Assembly (NCBI RefSeq): GCF_963921235.1
Contig: NC_086097.1
Span: 96,350,001 to 96,414,000 of the forward strand
From: Mobula hypostoma
Lineage: Eukaryota
DNA length: 64,000 bases
Reading direction: 5' to 3'
Part shown: positions 61,800-64,000 of the stretch, in pieces
How the letters are laid out: every line of letters begins with the position of its first letter
Position numbering within the stretch: position 1 is the stretch's first letter
Translations under genes and position numbers: made by a program
Notes under the pieces: generated by a model
What the model saw: the letters and a program-made list of their open reading frames with translations, nothing else
What the model was told of the DNA's origin: nothing
Databases searched by the model: none

Positions 61800-64000
61800 T
61801 GGGGATTCTCCAGGAGGCACTCACGGCGTGAGGTTAATTTTGGCTTCGCTCCATTACCATTACTTTTTTTAACCTATGATCACCCTTAATTAATTCATTT
61901 TTACCTACACTCAAAGATTTATACTACAGAATTATTCTTGAGCTTTGAAGAAATGAGCAAAGAAATAGGTACAAGATCTAAAGTGCGAGATCCTAAAAGC
62001 GGGAAAGATTCTGACAGTAATGGGGAAAAAAGGGGAACCTAAGCAAACTGAATTAACTTATGATACATTGTTGAATCTTTCAGTGAAAAATTTGAGGAAC
62101 AACGTCAAAGTTTTAAAGAAGAGTTAAAGTCAATTAAGGATTCTTTAAAATCGCTTGATCCCGAAGTTAAGCAGCAACAAAGCAAAATCGCAGAATTGAA
62201 TAAGGAAGCTTGGAAAAGCGAAGAAGTGATGAAGAAGTAACTGGCTTTCCAATCTCTGATGTCGGAATGTTATCAAAAAGGTCTCAGACCAGCTTTATTG
62301 TATCCTGTGCGTTTAAGAATTTCTCCTCCGAACAGCCCATGCCGTTTCTTTAATTCCACAAGTGTTGTTCAAAGTTTCCTGGATGAGCATTATTCAACTG
62401 CTATGGACTAATTAATGTATGGCTCTTGTATTACTGGCTTTGTTCTTACATGTTTTTTTAAAGCCTATAATTAACTTATGAAGATGGACCTTTATAAGTT
62501 CAAGATTTTCGTTTTTGGTTGGTAGTGTAGGTATTTTTCATATTTTAGTTAGTTTTTTTGTTGATAAATTTGCTTTTTTCCATTTTGTTAATTTCTAAAT
62601 TTATGATTTTTGAAACTGACATTAATGGTTTGATGTTGAATTTTTATTTCACTTGGGGATTATCGTGTTTTTTTGCTTCGTACAACCAAGGTGGCGTTTT
62701 ACCACCTTCTTCCCATAATACCTTTCGTCTGTTTTTACTGCGCCATTTTTTGGGTTCCTTTCCCCATAAGACCTTTCTTTTTCTTGAAGAGCCAATTAAA
62801 TTAATTGCTTATGTTTACAAAAGACTAATCATATGTATTGTCGCTTACTTTTTTTTCTTATTCAGAAATTACAATATGAAGATGTTTTATTTTATTGTAT
62901 GTTTCAAATTTTTGTGATTTTCTTTTGTTGTTATAGTGTAGTGTTTTTTTTTTGGGTGGTTCTCTTTTCAACATATATCTTTTAAGCTGCCTTCTGGAGA
63001 AATGGGGGTAGATTTAGCGTTAGCTTATTCTCTGGCCTTTTCTTTGCTTAGTTTTGGGTCTTTATGAATGGAGGGTGGGGGGATTTTTACTATTAGTTCT
63101 TTCAAATGGGCTGACTTAGAACTATAAAAATGTCTGCAGTGTCATGAGTTCCGGTTCCTTTCTAAATTTTTGTTCCTCTTCCGATTTCATGAGTTTACAT
63201 TTTGGTTAACTCTTTACATATCAAAGGGTTGACTCCAGCAAAATATGGCTCAGATTATTAATTTTGTTTCTTGGAATACAAACGGTTAAAACCATCCGAT
63301 TAAACGAAAAAAGATTTTTGAAGTATTCCAGAGACTGAATGCTCATATTATTTTTGCACAAGAAACTCATGTGAGGAAAGAGGATAATCAGCGTTTCTTT
63401 AGGTTTTGGAAGGAATATAGGTATCATTAGAACTCTCAGGCTAAAGTGAAAGGAGTTACAATTTTTATAGATTCCTCAATTGCATTTCAACATCAGGTTT
63501 TTTTTTTCATTTCCGAATGGTAGGTTTTTGTTAATTACTGGTTTACTGTTTAACAAAAACATTGTTATGGTCAATGTTTATGCAACAAATGTGGATTACC
63601 CTGTATTTTATAAGCATTTATTTACTTCCCTTCCTAATTTAAATGATTATATGCTGATAATGGGTGGTGATTTTAATTGTTGTTTAATTCCTTTGATGGA
63701 TAGATCTATATCTAGTCAGGCATTACTGAATAAGTCGGCTACTCTTATCAACTCTTTTATAATTGATACTGGAATTTCAGAAATTTAGAGGTTTCTATAC
63801 CTTAAGGATAAAGTGTTTTCATTCTTCTCACACGTATATCATACTTATTCTAGAATTGACTACTTTTTTATTGACTCTTGTTTAATTCCATCTGTGATTG
63901 ACTGTAACTATGACATTATTGCCATTTCTGATCATGCACCATTGAAACTTTCTATCAAGTTAATGGATACATCTCCTAATACTAGACAGTGGCGGTTTAA
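61800..64000 (+). mobile_element. L1-clade LINE, 5' half (5' UTR, deleted ORF1, T-rich spacer, ORF2 APE endonuclease), runs off the window
   Basis: ORF1 remnants at ~61953-62411: a coiled coil (EKFEEQRQSFKEELKSIKDSLKSL) and C-terminal ALLYPVRLRI. ORF2 from ATG 63245: MAQIINFVSWNTNG, IFAQETH, VNVYATN, MGGDFN, YSRIDYF, ISDHAP. Confidence 0.88.

Overview
This is repeat-dense eukaryotic non-coding DNA with no host protein-coding exon, rRNA, tRNA or CRISPR array that I can support. The repeat repertoire (CR1 LINEs with SGNH-esterase ORF1, Penelope-like elements (PLEs), Rex1/Babar, RTE, HE1/V-type and Deu-domain SINEs) suggests an intron or intergenic region of a cartilaginous fish, probably a ray or shark (inference). 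The best-preserved element is a complete 6.55-kb Gypsy-superfamily LTR retrotransposon (54684-61234). It has a 4-bp ATCA TSD, a tRNA-Pro-like PBS, a PPT, the Gmr1-type order PR-IN-RT-RH, and a SCAN-like region in gag. Also present are a near-full-length CR1 (944-4400), a triple nest of CR1/PLE/RTE with clear TSDs (14270-18990), a decayed hAT transposon (34625-36737) and the 5' half of an L1-clade LINE (61800-end). The most interesting non-protein signal is a motif repeated about 12 times at PLE ends that reconstructs to a minimal type-I hammerhead ribozyme (CAGTC-CTGATGA-A-GGG-TCTCGG-CCC-GAAA-CGTC-GACTG). Some copies are ~100-200-bp TSD-flanked insertions made almost only of this motif plus its tail, and a sub-lineage carries a CUGCUGA core. 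Nothing here is shown to be a wholly new system. All family calls are by-eye motif recognition without database searches, and many boundaries are approximate.
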